DNA of 56,403 nucleotides from Octopus bimaculoides (taxonomy: Eukaryota). The stretch covers positions 91,846,828 through 91,903,230 of the forward strand of contig NC_068986.1 of assembly GCF_001194135.2 (NCBI RefSeq), written 5' to 3'. Below are positions 23,150 through 37,304 of the stretch, piece by piece; positions within the stretch are counted from its first letter, which is position 1, and each line of letters opens with the position of its first letter. A program made the position numbers and the translations under genes. The notes under the pieces are model-generated. The model was not told the origin of the DNA. It did not search any database and worked only from the letters and a program-made list of their open reading frames with translations.

Positions 23150-23358
23150 TAATCCCTTGATTATCAAGGGAGTTACGTTCCAAAAAACCCCACGATAGGT
23201 GAAAATCTACAAAGTAGAAACAGTATTTTTTTTTTATCATTTCTATAATTTGTATATATTTATTTTATTATAAATGCTAAACAACATCACGGAGGAATTG
23301 ACTTAAGCTTAAATAATAAACAGCGATAGGTGAACCACGATATGGTAAGGGATTACTG
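23147..23358. mobile_element. pogo/Tigger-type MITE
   Basis: TA|CAGTAATCCCTT … AAGGGATTACTG|TA termini with TA duplication. Confidence 0.85.
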
Positions 23359-24330
23359 TAAAATGGCAACATCTATTTTGAGCATTGGTATCAATTGATC
23401 GTTTCCTGAAACATGAGCGGCACAGATGTTGTTGTTGTTTGTGGTGGCAGTGGTCATTATCTACTTGAACTTTGAGCTTTTAGTAAAAGCAGGTGCATGT
23501 ACTGACCAGTGAATGAGTGCTGCTGCTGCTGCTATTGCAGTGAAATATTTACTAAATCTATAAGAAACATTTGGTAGAAATAATAAAGGAGAGTACAGCT
23601 GTAAGGCATGTTAAAACATGTCTGACTGACTTTACAGGATTTAGATTTTGTGTTTATACACATACATGCAAACACCGACAAACTTACACAAACACACATA
23701 CACACGCGAGTGCAAACACATATGTATACACACCCATCCACATGTATATACACAAATTCAAACTAAAATCTATATTCACATATGTATTTGTATTATATAC
23801 ACGGTGGTGCATCAGCATGGCCGCAGCTCTGAGCTGAAACTTTAAAAAAAAAAAAATAAAAAAAAAAATATATATATATATATAAGCAAACTTCCAAGTA
23901 CATGTAAATACACATATGAAAATATATTAACATATACACACAGGCACACACACACATATATGTAAACTAACATGTACACATAAATAAGTTCACCATCAAG
24001 ATATTTTAACAGTTCTTTAATTAAGCATCATTTCACTGTAATTACTACTGCGGTTATTTCACTGTTCATTAGTTAATTGCATCAATCAAATTTCTGGCTG
24101 GCCAGCTATTTTGTATGCGTTCCACATACTGTACAATCCAACTTTGTTGACAGTTCCCATATAATTGCTTCTATCCAGCCTGTTCCAATTATGTTTCAAT
24201 TTTAGTTATATTAACCAGTCCAACAGATTAACATTCTCCTCCTCTTTATTTTTATTATGTCAACTGTTTCCACAGATAATCGTCCATATTTAGCTTCTTT
24301 CTCAGTTGTTCCCGTTGATTCTGTTCTAGT

Positions 24331-24944
24331 TGGAGAAAATTATTTTTCTTTGTGGTTGGGTTGTTGGTGACCTCTTTCTAGCATATTAAATGTCCACCTA
24401 GTAGTCATCCCTTATACACGTGTAATACAATTTTTTCTGAATTTTCAGATTTTTTTATATGCTAGGCCACTTGGTTTTAAATTGAATCAATAGTCAATTT
24501 ATCACCCTATCTATATAAATAATAATTTAAATAGTTATGTTCTCCAGCCGGCACCATATACTGAAGTGAATTATTCTCTACAGAATTGTTTCTGGAATTT
24601 GGCACACCAGAGCTGAGGCATTTTGAAAAATAAACCCCAATGTAATCGGTAGAACTATGTGCAAGTCTTATTTCATGAAGACAATTCGTGTATAGTCCTG
24701 CAAATTATATTGATTCTAGAACGGCTGTGCTGACGAGAACACGGATGTCATTACATAAGTAAAACGTTAATGTTCGAAACTGCAGTATACAGCTAATTCT
24801 TTATTTTATATTTCTCATTTTGTCCTGTTCTGGTGTTTTGCGAAATTTTTCTGGAGAACATTATTTTTCTTTGTGGTTGGGTCGTTGGTGACCTCTTTCT
24901 AGCATATTGGATGTCCACCTAGTGGTCATCCTTTATACATGTGT
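24331..24944. repeat. 93-bp direct repeat pair, 521 bp apart
   Basis: 24331-24423 and 24852-24944 (tggagaa.attatttttctttgtggttggg…tccacctagt.gtcatcc.ttataca.gtgt), about 90% identical. Confidence 0.85.
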
Positions 24945-25014
24945 TCCAACAGACATGTAGTTTAATTCACAATATTAACTGGCTCCTTCCAATCTCCAGT
25001 TCCTCTGCACTCTG

Positions 25015-25605
25015 AAATCAGTGGGTAGGGAAAGGAGAAACACCAGCACCCTAGGCTAAAGAAGGTCTGCACCCATATAAGGTGTTGTTATCTGTTCAGT
25101 GGGGTATGAAAGGTTTAATCCACTTTGAACTTTTAAACCCAAACCAAATGGTAACAAAGGAGATCTACTGTGAGCAGCTTGAGCAGCTTAAGTCAGTGCT
25201 AGAAGAAAAACGACCATCTTTGGTTTCAAGAAGAAAGGTGTTCTTCCATTAGGATAATGCTCAGCCACATATAGAAAGGATGACATTCCAAAGGCTGGGG
25301 CACTTTGAATGGGAAATGATGCCCCACCCACCATATTCGCCAGACATTGCCCCATCTGATTATCATTTATTCTGCAGTCTTCAAAATCATTTGGACGGAA
25401 AATATATGAATTCTGTAGACGAGGTCAGAACAATACTGTAGGAGAACTTTTCATCATGGACAAGTGAATTTTGGAAGACTACCAGATAGATGGAAGATCA
25501 TTGTAGAAAATGAAGGAGAGTATATTTTTAGATTAAAAAAGAACTTTGTTTATCTTAATTTTGAAAAATAAAAGAAGTATAAAAAAACCCATTATTTATA
25601 GGGAA
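25015..25605 (+). mobile_element. mariner transposase relic, C-terminal half
   Basis: EGLHPYKVLLSVQWGMKGLIHFELL…FFH*DNAQPH…HPPYSPDIAPSDYHLF…LPDRWKIIVENEGEYILD*, with stops and frameshifts. YSPDIAPSD carries the third catalytic D of the mariner DD34D triad. Confidence 0.93.
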
Positions 25606-26174
25606 ATTGGCAGAGTCATTAGAGTGTTGGAACGAATGTCTTACAGTATTTGTTCTGAATTTCTGTGCTCTGAGTTCAAATCATACTGAGATCAAATTCA
25701 TCTTTCATGTTTTCAGGCAGTTTCTCCGAGTTGCAATAATGGTGATTGATTGATAATAAATAAAGATTATGTAAGCTAATATTGATTTGACTGAGACTTA
25801 AGTTTTGTCTTTAATGGCTTGTTCAATAAACCGTTAAAGGCTAAATCTGAGTTCCTACTCAAATCAATAAATGGTTTTGTTATTTTTCATCAAGTTACTT
25901 AACAATACTAAATAATACTTTATTTACATATACTATAATCTCATTGTTTTGTGTATTTATGCAGTATATTTAATTCTAATAGGGTGTGATATGAATAAAA
26001 TGTGGCTGTTATTCTTAGCAGGTCAAATGAAAATGCAGAGGCTTTCTCTCACTTGCTTGAAATAAACTTGGTTGTCATTGTTAGCATTTAACTGAACAGG
26101 CCTATGACAAAAGGTATTCCAGTCATGATCATACCAACTTTCTGGATTATCAGGATTATCTAATATATTTGAAT

Positions 26175-26801
26175 GGATACTAAAAACTCTGCTTGCAAAG
26201 ACCTGTTGAGGCAAGTGAATTCGGAATTTGAAATTTGAAATCTGAAATCGAAATTGAACCGAATCCGACGACTGGCACCCATGCCAACCTCTCCTTCATT
26301 GAACACTAAACTCTGCTTGCGAAGACCTGTTGGGGCAAGTGAAATCGGAACCGAAATCGTAATTGAACCATATTCGATGACTGGCATTTGCGCCAGTGGA
26401 GCACTAACAGCACTGTCTGAGCGTGTTCATTGCCAGAGTAGCTGTCTGGCTTCCATGCTAGTGGCCCGTAAATAGCACCATTTGAGCATAATCGTTACTA
26501 GAGTCGCCTTCTAGCACTTATGCTAGTGGCATGTTAGAAAATCATTCGAGCGAGGTCGTTGCCAGTGCCACTGGACTGGCTGCCGTGCAGGTGGCATGTA
26601 AAAAACACCTTTTTGAGCGTGGCCGTTGCCAGTACCGTGTGACTGGCCTTCGTGCTGGTGGCATGTAAAAGCACCCACTACACTCTTGGAGTGGTTGGCA
26701 TTCGGAAGGGCATCCAGCTGTAGAAACTCTGCCAGTCCTTAGTCAAATCGTCCAACCCATGCTAGCATGGAAAGCGGACGTTAAATGATGATGATGATGA
26801 A
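26175..26801 (+). mobile_element. Family E retroposon (RTE-tail repeat), long copy with internal tandem subrepeats
   Basis: Ends aatcgtccaacccatgctagcatggaaagcggacgttaaa(tga)n. Duplicated unit actaaa.ctctgcttgc.aagacctgttg.ggcaagtgaa at 26178 and 26305. Confidence 0.8.
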
Positions 26802-27040
26802 TTGAGTGTGATTTATGGAAAATTTGGAGTGTGATTTATGGGAGAACCAGCAGATCAAGTAGAAAATCCAGCAGATCATATTGAAGCTCTCTTGTCAAAC
26901 ATCTAGATCATTTGACACACACTGAAACCAAACCACTTTACATGAAAGGAAATACCATTAGACAGTGATATAGCAGGCATACCAAACAATACTCTTTCGT
27001 CTTCTAGAAAACAACTTTCTCTTATACTTCATATCCCATC

Positions 27041-27877
27041 AGAATAGCCTGGGCAAAGTTTAGAGAGCTCTTACCCCTGCTGGCGACAAAGGGACTCTCA
27101 CTCAGAGTAAAAGGCAGACTGTATGACGCATGCGTACGAACAACCATGCTACATGGCAGTGAAACATGGGCTGTAACTGCTGAGGACATACGTAAGCTCG
27201 CAAGGAATGAAGCCAGTATGCTCCGTTGGATGTGTAATGTCAATGTGAATACCCGTCAGAGTGTAAGTATCTTGAGAGAAAAGCTGAACATTAGAAGCAT
27301 CAGTTGTGGCGTGCAAGAGAGACGATTGCGCTGGTATGGACATGTGGTGAGAATGGAGGAGGATAGCTGCGTGAAAAAGTGCCACACCCTAACAGTTGAG
27401 GGAACCCGTGGAAGAGGTNNNNNNNNNNNNNNNNNNNNNNNNNNNNNNNNNNNNNNNNNNNNNNNNNNNNNNNNNNNNNNNNNNNNNNNNNNNNNNNNNN
27501 NNNNNNNNNNNNNNNNNNNNNNNNNNNNNNNNNNNNNNNNNNNNNNNNNNNNNNNNNNNNNNNNNNNNNNNNNNNNNNNNNNNNNNNNNNNNNNNNNNNN
27601 NNNNNNNNNNNNNNNNNNNNNNNNNNNNNNNNNNNNNNNNNNNNNNNGGCACATAAAAGACACCATTTCGAGCGTGGCCGTTTTCGTGCGGGTGACACGT
27701 AAAAGCACCCACTACACTCTCTGAGTGGTTGGCGTTAGGAAGGGCATCCAGCTGTAGAAACTCTGCCAAATCAGACTGGAGCCTGGTGTTGCCATCCGGT
27801 TTCACCAGTCCTCAGTCAAATCGTCCAACCCATGCTAGCATGGAAAGCGGACGTTAAACGATGATGATGATGATGAT
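27041..27877 (+). mobile_element. 5'-truncated RTE-clade LINE (RT C-terminal region, gap, 3' UTR and (GAT)n tail)
   Basis: Open frame AWAKFRELLPLLATKGLSLRVKGRLYDACVRTTMLHGSETW…RRLRWYGHVVRMEEDSCVKK…GTRGRG. After a 229-N gap the family-E tail follows. Confidence 0.92.
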
Positions 27878-28339
27878 CAGAGAAGTGGTTGGTGTAAGAG
27901 AAAGAGCAAGATAGGAGTTGCTTGAATCTAATTCCTTCACAGAAGCGGTAAAAGGCAGTGCAAGGTATGAGTTATTTAGGGAGAGTGTGACAAGTAGTGA
28001 AATGAGCTGATAGTGTTTCAGTTACATACATAGATATTCTTACAGATGCTCGAGTGTATTAAGGATTATTATTATCTCAAAAGACAGTAATGTTGGCAGA
28101 GGTTAAAAAACAAAGCTGGACAAACTTGATGCTTCATATCATCAGTCTTATTTATATTTCCATTCTTAGTTCAAATCTAACCAGGGCCAACTTTATACTT
28201 CAGCCTCTCTGAGCTTGACCTTTTACAAATGATCCCAATGATACGTTACTACATTCATTTACTATGAGAAAACATTATATTCCATATTTATTCACTCATT
28301 TTTTTATTGAAGTAACCTACCACCCTGACTATATATCTG

Positions 28340-29200
28340 ATTAACTGTTGGTCTACATATCCATTTGTTTGTCTGTCTGTCAGTCAGTTTACACGTCAGA
28401 CTATATGCATGTCTGTCTGCATGTCTATCTGTCAGTCTACATACCTGTTTGTCTATATATCTGTCTGTATGCTTATCTGTTGGCCTATATACCTGTTTGT
28501 CTACATGCTGTCTCATGGTCTACATTTTTGTCTGTCAGTTTACATGTCTGTTTGTCTACATGCCTGATTTGTCAGTCTACATAGCCGTGGGTCTACATAG
28601 TTGTGTCTTAGTCTGTATGCTTGTATTTTGCTTGCATGTCTGTCTGTTTGTTGGTCTACATGACTATTTGACTACATGTGGTCTGTATATTTATATGTCA
28701 TCTGTCTATCGGTCTGTAGGTTGTCAATCTGTCAGACATTCCACATGTTATCTGTGTCTCTACCAGTCCATATATTTGTCTGTCTGACTACTCGTCATCT
28801 GTCTATAGGTTTACATATCATCTATCTATCACGCTTCATATCTCACAGCCCTAATTTATCTGTATATCTACTTATCTATCTGAATATCTACCGACTTCTC
28901 TATCTGTCAGTCTGGTAATTTTTTAAATTTCTAAGCCTATCTATATTTCTATCCTTCTTTTTGTCCCTACATCTATCCCTGCACCTTGTAAGCATTTACA
29001 TGTGTCATCATGCACACCTTCCCATGTGTCTGCTTTCCTACCCAAATGCCTGCCCTATCTGTCTATTTGTCTGCATATTTGCCCATGCGTCTGCTTGCAA
29101 TCATGCCTGTGTGTTTGTGTACATGTGTGTTTGTACCTTTGTTAGCCTGTCTATAGCTGTATCTCTGTCTACCTGCATTTGTTTATGCTTGCGTCAGACC
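28340..29200. repeat. Degenerate (TCTG/TCTA/TGTC)n low-complexity tract
   Basis: Tetranucleotide-like periodicity. Confidence 0.75.
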
Positions 29201-30586
29201 AGTCTCTTGTTGCACAACTTTTTCAAATGCATATTTTGCAGTTGCTTATGCTGTCTGTATTAGTGATGCATTTTTCAGATATGCAGCTGTTGCACTGCTC
29301 CTCCCTTGTTCTCATGACAAATATCACCTTTCATGCAACCCAGCACCAGTTCCCACATCCACTTCCCAACACCAACACATGCACCATCTTCTCACACACA
29401 TCCCCACACCAACCAGCACTACAGTCACCCCATCTCCACCATCATCACTGCATACACACACCTCTATGAATCAATTAGGGAGCCTCCACATAGTCACTTA
29501 AACTGCTAGAAATAGCAGTCAAATCACCCTCAAATTACATGGTAGTGTCTTTAAAAAAAAAAAGGACATGTTTAATAATACAGTCCCAGGTTACGTGCAC
29601 ATACAGAAACGACAGGATGGTCATTTCTGGAATACTTCTGATCATACATATCTTCAATCAAGGTTGACCTGAGGCTAAACAACATCACACACAACCACCC
29701 TAACTACCTTAATTCACACCCACTACTATGCACCTTACCTCCACCACCACACATACCCACTTCTTACATGCATCATCACCACCACTATATCTCCCACATA
29801 ATAATGCAACATCCACTATACACACACACCATATTCACTTCATACACTACATGCAGACTACTACACCCACCATGTAAAAGTGATAAAGATGAATGAAGCC
29901 CCACCCTGACGTCATTACTGCATCAGCTGATTCTGTAGCAAATACTGCATTGAATCACTTACGACACTGTTTCTGGTAGCATCAGTTGTAATGTGCAGTT
30001 GTTGCAGCATCATCATCGAGACTGCAGAAATTTTGGTAAAGCAGAAACCACTGCAATGACAGTAACACTTGAGGAATTCTAGGGCCGCAACTGACCCCTA
30101 ATACCGATAAGGACTTAAAAATCTCAAGCCAATGAAAGAGTCTTTAAATGGTCGTTCAATCTGCTAGAAATAGCAACTTAATCTCCTTTATAACTTAAAG
30201 TGAGTACCAGCACGTGATCAATTGACTGGCTAGAAATAGAAGCAAGGTGTCCCTCAAATTGAATTTTACTATCTTAAACAAAGAAAGGACACTTTATATA
30301 GCATACTAAAAATGGCATGGTGGTCATAACGAGAAAACATTTGATCATAGGTCTACTCAGTCATCGCTCCTAGCAATAAACTAACCTAACTAATAATCTA
30401 CTGGACATTTAGCCTCAAGGCCAAAGTAGTACCTTATTGCAGGTATCACCTTATGGCTCTAAGTAAGATCCTTAACTCTGCAGAGCATAATAAGAGGGTT
30501 TCATAACTCTACAAATAAAATGTTTATCTGAACAGTGTACATAAGAAGGCTCGGTCTTGTAGAATCCATTTGCTCTGCACACTGTC

Positions 30587-30994
30587 TACTCTTTTACTCT
30601 TTTACTTGTTTCAGTCATTTTTGACTGTGGCCATGCTGGAGCACCGCTTTTAGTCGAGAAAATCAACCCCAGGACTTATTCTTTGTAAGCCTAGTACTTA
30701 TTCTATCGGTCTCTTTTTGCCGAACTGCTAAGTTACGGGGACGTAAACACACCAGCATCGGTTGTCAAGCGATGGTAGGGGGACAAACACAGACACACAA
30801 ACACACACACACATATATATATGCATATATACGACGGGCTTCTTTCAGTTTCCGTCTACCAAATCCACTCACAAGGCTTTGGTCGGCCCAAGGCTATAGT
30901 AGAAGACACTTGCCCAAGGTGCCATGCAGTGGGACTGAACCCGGAACAATGAGGTTGGTAAGCAAGCTACTTACCACACAGCCACTCCTGCGCC
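30587..30994 (-). mobile_element. Near full-length SINE family A
   Basis: tRNA-like head, central (TA/CA)n and tail gtgtttacgtccccgtaacttagcagttcggcaaaaagagaccgatag…aagtaaaaagagtaaaagag on the minus strand. Confidence 0.88.
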
Positions 30995-31683
30995 TTACAA
31001 GAAAATTTAAATAATTTACTTCAAGTTAATGAAAACATGCTCAGTTTATTCTGCGACCCCAAACACAGCTGACTACACTCAGATGAGACTAGATTTCCAT
31101 AAAGATACTATCTTGAGCAACAACATCAACTTCATTAACCTATCATGGAAGCTTTTACATTTTTTATTCTTTCTTTTCAGTCATTGGAGTGTGGTCAGTC
31201 TGGAGCACTAACTTCCTGTTATTTTTTTTTTTTTTGAGTTGATCAAATCAACCTTAGTACTTATTACTTTAAGCCTGCTACTTATTCCATCAGTCTCTTA
31301 ATTACTGAACTGCTAAGTTATAAGGATACAAGTACATAAACAAACCTACACCAGTAGTCAAGCAGCAAGAGAAAAACAAATAAATACGAGCGCACACATG
31401 CACACATACACACACACATCTGGTTGTGAAGCAGACTTCTTAAGGATACAGCCATACTGAATCTATGGTAACTCAATTTGAAAAAAATTGCCAAATTTCC
31501 TTCAAATCACACCTTACTATCTCCAAAAACTGGGATAACGTTGTCATAAATATGCGATACCTGAATAAAGGACCAAGCTACTACATCATTGGTCATAGAT
31601 ATGTTATATGGAATGTATTTATACATGTAAATATCATGGTTATACAGATAAGGATCAGCATAAATATTAATAACTGTATATAT

Positions 31684-31844
31684 GTGTAGGAGTGGCTGTG
31701 TGGTAAGTAGCTTGCTTACCAACCACATGGTTCCGGGTTCAGTCCCATTGCGTGGTACCTTGGGCAAGTGTCTTCTAATATAGCCTCGGGCCGACCAAAA
31801 CCTTGTGAGTGGATTTGGTAGACGGAAACTGAAAGAAGCCTGTC

Positions 31845-31846
<2 letters not shown>
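31684..31846 (+). mobile_element. SINE family A head
   Basis: A-box-like tggctgtgtgg, B-box-like gggttcagtcc, ends at (TA)n. Confidence 0.85.
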
Positions 31847-31885
<39 letters not shown>

Positions 31886-33026
31886 TAAAGAAGACATGGA
31901 TGGTCAAAGCAAGGAGACCTTTGATTGCAGGTCTGCTCCACAAGGGCTGACTTGGGGTTAAACAACATTAACTTATGCAAAGTTCTAAACAACAACAACA
32001 ACAATAGCAGCAGCAGCAACAATCGAGTAATATTCTTCTATTCTGTGAAAGAACTCAAAACTTGTGGTAGAAGAATAATTAAATCAATAAGTTATACAAT
32101 ACACTGGTTTCAAACAGCTTCATAAGCCAGACTACATTTTGTCAAAAAGAAAAAGTGGAGGTTTGTTCACAGCTGTGTGAACTTAAGACAGCCGGTATAT
32201 GAAATTAATTGACAATCAATAAATATTATGTATATTTATATAAGTATTTATGTTGGAAACAGTGTGTGTGAGTGAGTGTCTATGTGAGTGTTGATGTGAG
32301 GATATCAATTGTGTGTGTGTGTGAGTATGTATGTCTGTACATGAAATGTTTCTCTGTGTTCATATGTCTATATGCATGTATGTATGCCTCTTGTTTGTAG
32401 AACAAAGAACAAAAATTGTGCATTACACACACACACACACACACATACACAAACACACATATATGCATGCACACATACATATAACCATACACATAAACAC
32501 TGAGTGTCTGTGTGTGTTCAAGCATAGCCATGATATTTTGAAATTCATCACCCAACTACAAAGCTATGGGTGAGTGTCAGAGGTAGGCAATTAATTTCTG
32601 AGTAAAAATTAAGCAGGGGAAAACTGTGCACAAGCCCCTCCTCCTCCTCCTCCTCGCTGCTGCCACAACCACCTCCATCACCATCTACTTTCCATGTGGG
32701 TCACAGTCTGAGTCAAATTCTTATTGGGATCCACTAACCTGGAAGACTGGGACTCATATATGTCATTTTGGTTTGGTCTCTATGTTTGGATGCCCTTCTT
32801 ATTATCAATTGCATCATGTGTGTGTGTGTGTGTGTGCGCGCGCGCGCGTGAAAAATGGGGCATAAAGTCAAATGCCTTCTGTCAAAAGGTAACTTAGCTG
32901 TTCAATAATGAAAGAGCAATAAAGTAAGCACCGGACTTACATGAATACTGAGGCCAATACTCTAAAGCTAAAGTCATTGACAGTGGTGCTCCAGCATGGC
33001 TGCAAACCAATGACTGAAACCAGTGT

Positions 33027-33065
<39 letters not shown>

Positions 33066-33296
33066 GTATACCCTTGTCTTGATATCATGTGATAATGTTG
33101 CATCAGCATCATTGTTACACGAGCTACATTGTTTCTAGTCTTTCATGAAAAATATATCTGGTCATAGGGAAAAATTACCTTCCTTGGAAGCAGGTAATGG
33201 TTGGCAACAGGAAGGGTGTCTGGCTGTACAAGACCTGCCTTGACACAAATTCTGTCTGACTTGTGCGAGCATAGAAAAGTGGTCATCAAACAATGA

Positions 33297-33298
<2 letters not shown>

Positions 33299-33359
<61 letters not shown>

Positions 33360-33370
33360 CACACACACAA
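33299..33370. repeat. (CA)n microsatellite
   Basis: Direct. Confidence 0.95.
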
Positions 33371-34120
33371 CATGGAAAACAGATGTTAAATGATGACAAC
33401 ATTGAAATATATAAACTGTGCTTTAAGTTCAATTAAGTGCAAAAAATATCCCATACAGGAATTGAACCACATACCTCTTACCAACAGTATATTACTATAT
33501 TTATATTCTCATCTCTTGCAGATAAATATTACCAGATTTTTCAAATTGAACTTATTGATTATGTTGGAAATAATTTGTTCATATATATAAATAGGTACAG
33601 GCATATCTGTGTGATTAAGAAGCTTGCTAAGCAACCATGTGGTTTCAGGTTCACTCCCACTTCACCAGACTTAAAAATGAAAATAAGTACTGGGGTCAAT
33701 TTGCTCTGCTAAACCACTTCAAGACAGTGCCCTCAGCATGACTGCAGTCCAATGATTGAAACAAGCATAAGAGGATCAATGATATAAGAAACTGAGAAAG
33801 AAAAAAAACAAATGACAAAGACTACAAAGAGTAAGAAAACCTATCAAAAGTGACAAGTAAATAATAGAAAGATATTTAATATATACAAGTGCAAAAACAA
33901 AAAAAAAACACTCAGCATGGGGCCTTGACATCACATCTTATCCAATGTTTATATTTAGAAACAATTTTCTTAAACGTTCATTTAATTAACTTGTCAATTA
34001 ACTGTGCCCCACAGCAGTTTGTTTTTACCTCATTTCTACCTGTAAGCAAATTACACATTGTTAGACGGCTGCTGGCTCTTCCCAGTTTATCCACCCTTTA
34101 TACATACATACATACATAAA

Positions 34121-34203
<83 letters not shown>

Positions 34204-34858
34204 NNNNNNNNNNNNNNNNNNNNNNNNNNNNNNNNNNNNNNNNNNNNNNNNNNNNNNNNNNNNNNNNNNNNNNNNNNNNNNNNNNNNNNNNNNNNNNNNN
34301 NNNNNNNNNNNNNNNNNNNNNNNNNNNNNNNNNNNNNNNNNNNNNNNNNNNNNNNNNNNNNNNNNNNNNNNNNNNNNNNNNNNNNNNNNNNNNNNNNNNN
34401 NNNNNNNNNNNNNNNNNNNNNNNNNNNNNNNNNNNNNNNNNNNNNNNNNNNNNNNNNNNNNNNNNNNNNNNNNNNNNNNNNNNNNNNNNNNNNNNNNNNN
34501 NNNNNNNNNNNNNNNNNNNNNNNNNNNNNNNNNNNNNNNNNNNNNNNNNNNNNNNNNNNNNNNNNNNNNNNNNNNNNNNNNNNNNNNNNNNNNNNNNNNN
34601 NNNNNNNNNNNNNNNNNNNNNNNNNNNNNNNNNNNNNNNNNNNNNNNNNNNNNNNNNNNNNNNNNNNNNNNNNNNNNNNNNNNNNNNNNNNNNNNNNNNN
34701 NNNNNNNNNNNNNNNNNNNNNNNNNNNNNNNNNNNNNNNNNNNNNNNNNNNNNNNNNNNNNNNNNNNNNNNNNNNNNNNNNNNNNNNNNNNNNNNNNNNN
34801 NNNNNNNNNNNNNNNNNNNNNNNNNNNNNNNNNNNNNNNNNNNNNNNNNNNNNNNNNN

Positions 34859-34902
<44 letters not shown>

Positions 34903-35159
34903 GAGTAACAAAGATGTACAGGTGTCAATTCATTGACACTTGTACTTCAAACAAATTAATTGACACCTGTACAGCTTTATTACACATTTATATTCTGTTC
35001 ACCTAACTTGGAATCTGAACTTCAAAAATACTATTGAAAGCACCTTTATAAGTACGCGTCTGAATTACCAAGAGCGGACATCTTCACTTAGCTGGGTTGC
35101 ATTAGTCTGCACACATGGTAGGGATATCAGGTACAAACACTCCTGCATGGAGTCTTGTT

Positions 35160-35575
35160 ACCTCTTTTACTTATTTCAGTCATTTTGTCTGTGGCCATGC
35201 TGGAGCACCGCCTTTAGTCGAGCAAATCGACCCCAGGACTTATTCTATCGGTCTCTTTTGCCGAACCGCTAAGTTATGGGGATGTAAACACACCAGTATC
35301 GGTTGTCAAGCGATGTTGGGGAGGACAAACACAGACACACAAACATACACACACACACACACACACACACACGTGTACACATATGTACACACACACACAC
35401 ACACACACACACAAGTACAAGTGTGGCTATGTGATTGAAAATTTTGTTCCCAGCCACCAGGTTTCACTGTGTAACACCTTGGGCAAGTATCTTTTACTAT
35501 AGCCTCAGGCTGACCAAAGTCTTGTGAGTAGATTTAGACTTTGTAGACAGAAACTGAAGGAAGCCTATCATATAT
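35160..35575. mobile_element. SINE family A tail (minus) plus head (plus) around (CA)n
   Basis: Similarity to 30587-30994 and 31684-31846. Confidence 0.75.
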
Positions 35576-35578
35576 AAA

Positions 35579-35626
<48 letters not shown>

Positions 35627-36009
35627 TCTTAGCATCATAAAATAGTTGTAAATGAGCATCACCATCTTACAAGCAGTGTTTTTTGTTTCTAATCTTTCAC
35701 GAGAACCGATCAAGGTCAGAGCATCCAGCAGTAGAAAAGCAATGAATTCTGCCTGACTCATGCGAGCATGGGAAAGTGGAAGTTAAAATGATAATGATGA
35801 ATTTATGTGTGCATGTGTGTGTGTAATAGCAGTTTGACTTAGCAACTCTGAAAAAAAATATCCGATGAGACAGAAGTGTCCTATGCATATGGAACTGAGT
35901 CAAGCTGTTATCAAATACATGTAACTCCAACTATTATGTGTTGAGTGCCACTCTCCCTCCTTCACTCACTCAAATATGTGTATATACTACATATATAATG
36001 TAGAGACAT

Positions 36010-36380
36010 ACCTGTGGAGCTGTATGATAAGTTTGCTTCCCAACTATATGGTTCTGGGGTCAGTCGCACTGTGTAGCACCTTGGGCAAGTGTCTTCTACT
36101 ATAGCCTTGTGAGCAGAACTGATAAGACAGAAACTGAAAGAAGCTCATCGTATAATGTGTGTGTGCGTGTGTGTGTTTGTGTTTGCCTCCTACCACCACT
36201 TTACAACCTGTGTTGGTGTGTTTATGTCCTCATAACTAAGCAGTTCAGCTTAAAAGACCAGTAGAAAAAGTACCAGGCTTGAACACCACAAGTACTGGGG
36301 TCACCTCATTCAACTAAAATTCTTCAAGGTATTGCCCCAGCTTGGCCACAGTCAAATGACTGAAGCAAGTAAAAGCTAAA
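36010..36380 (+). mobile_element. Decayed full-length SINE family A
   Basis: Head, microsatellite and tail in order, with many CpG-to-TpG changes. Confidence 0.75.
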
Positions 36381-36735
36381 GTATATATGAAATGTCAAGT
36401 CCAGGGTAGAAGATTGATGGAACTGTTAGGGCATTAGAAAAGATGTCCTAAAATCTGTTCTGGCTCTTTGCACTCTGGGTTCAAATTCTGCTTAGGTATT
36501 GAACTCTGTCCAACACACAATTTTACAGAGAGGACTGTAGGCCAACAACTAGCATAGATAACCAGTAATGCAATGTAGAAACTTCACCCAGCAGTGGATC
36601 AACAAAAGCTGAATGGAAAATATGTATGTCTGTATATCATCACCATCATCGTCATTTAACATCTGTTTTCCATGCTGGAATGGACTGGATCATTTGACAG
36701 GATTCAGTGAGCTGCCAGGCTGCATTGAGCTTTTT

Positions 36736-36788
<53 letters not shown>

Positions 36789-37037
36789 CGTACGCGCACA
36801 CACACACACACACACACTCATTATGTTTACACCGCTTTATGCATTCACATGTGTGTTTGGATGTTCATATGTATTTGTGTATTTGTGTGGGTGTGAGTGA
36901 GTGTGTAGAAATAAAAATAACCATAAATAGATTGATGTTCCTGAAACAAAAATCTGAAACAAGCAACACTGCAATCCAGTATCGATTTAGTATATGAAAC
37001 AGTGAAAGTACACATGGCCCAGAAAGAAAGAGAGAGA

Positions 37038-37068
<31 letters not shown>

Positions 37069-37304
37069 GGGAAGGAGAATGATAAGTTGTGGGGGAGAAG
37101 AAGGGGTGCTCGCAAGCAAATGGATTCTAGTGTGTCAATAGAGGTGTAGGCTGGAATGGCCATCCTCAACTTGGCTGTGTGCCAGAAGATAGGAGTTCTA
37201 CTAACCACCAGTTCAGGCCTCAACAATGATGGGGTTATAAACCTGCCACCGAGATAAAAACGATTTTTTTTGTTTCTATTTCCTTATATTCTTGTGCTGC
37301 ACAG

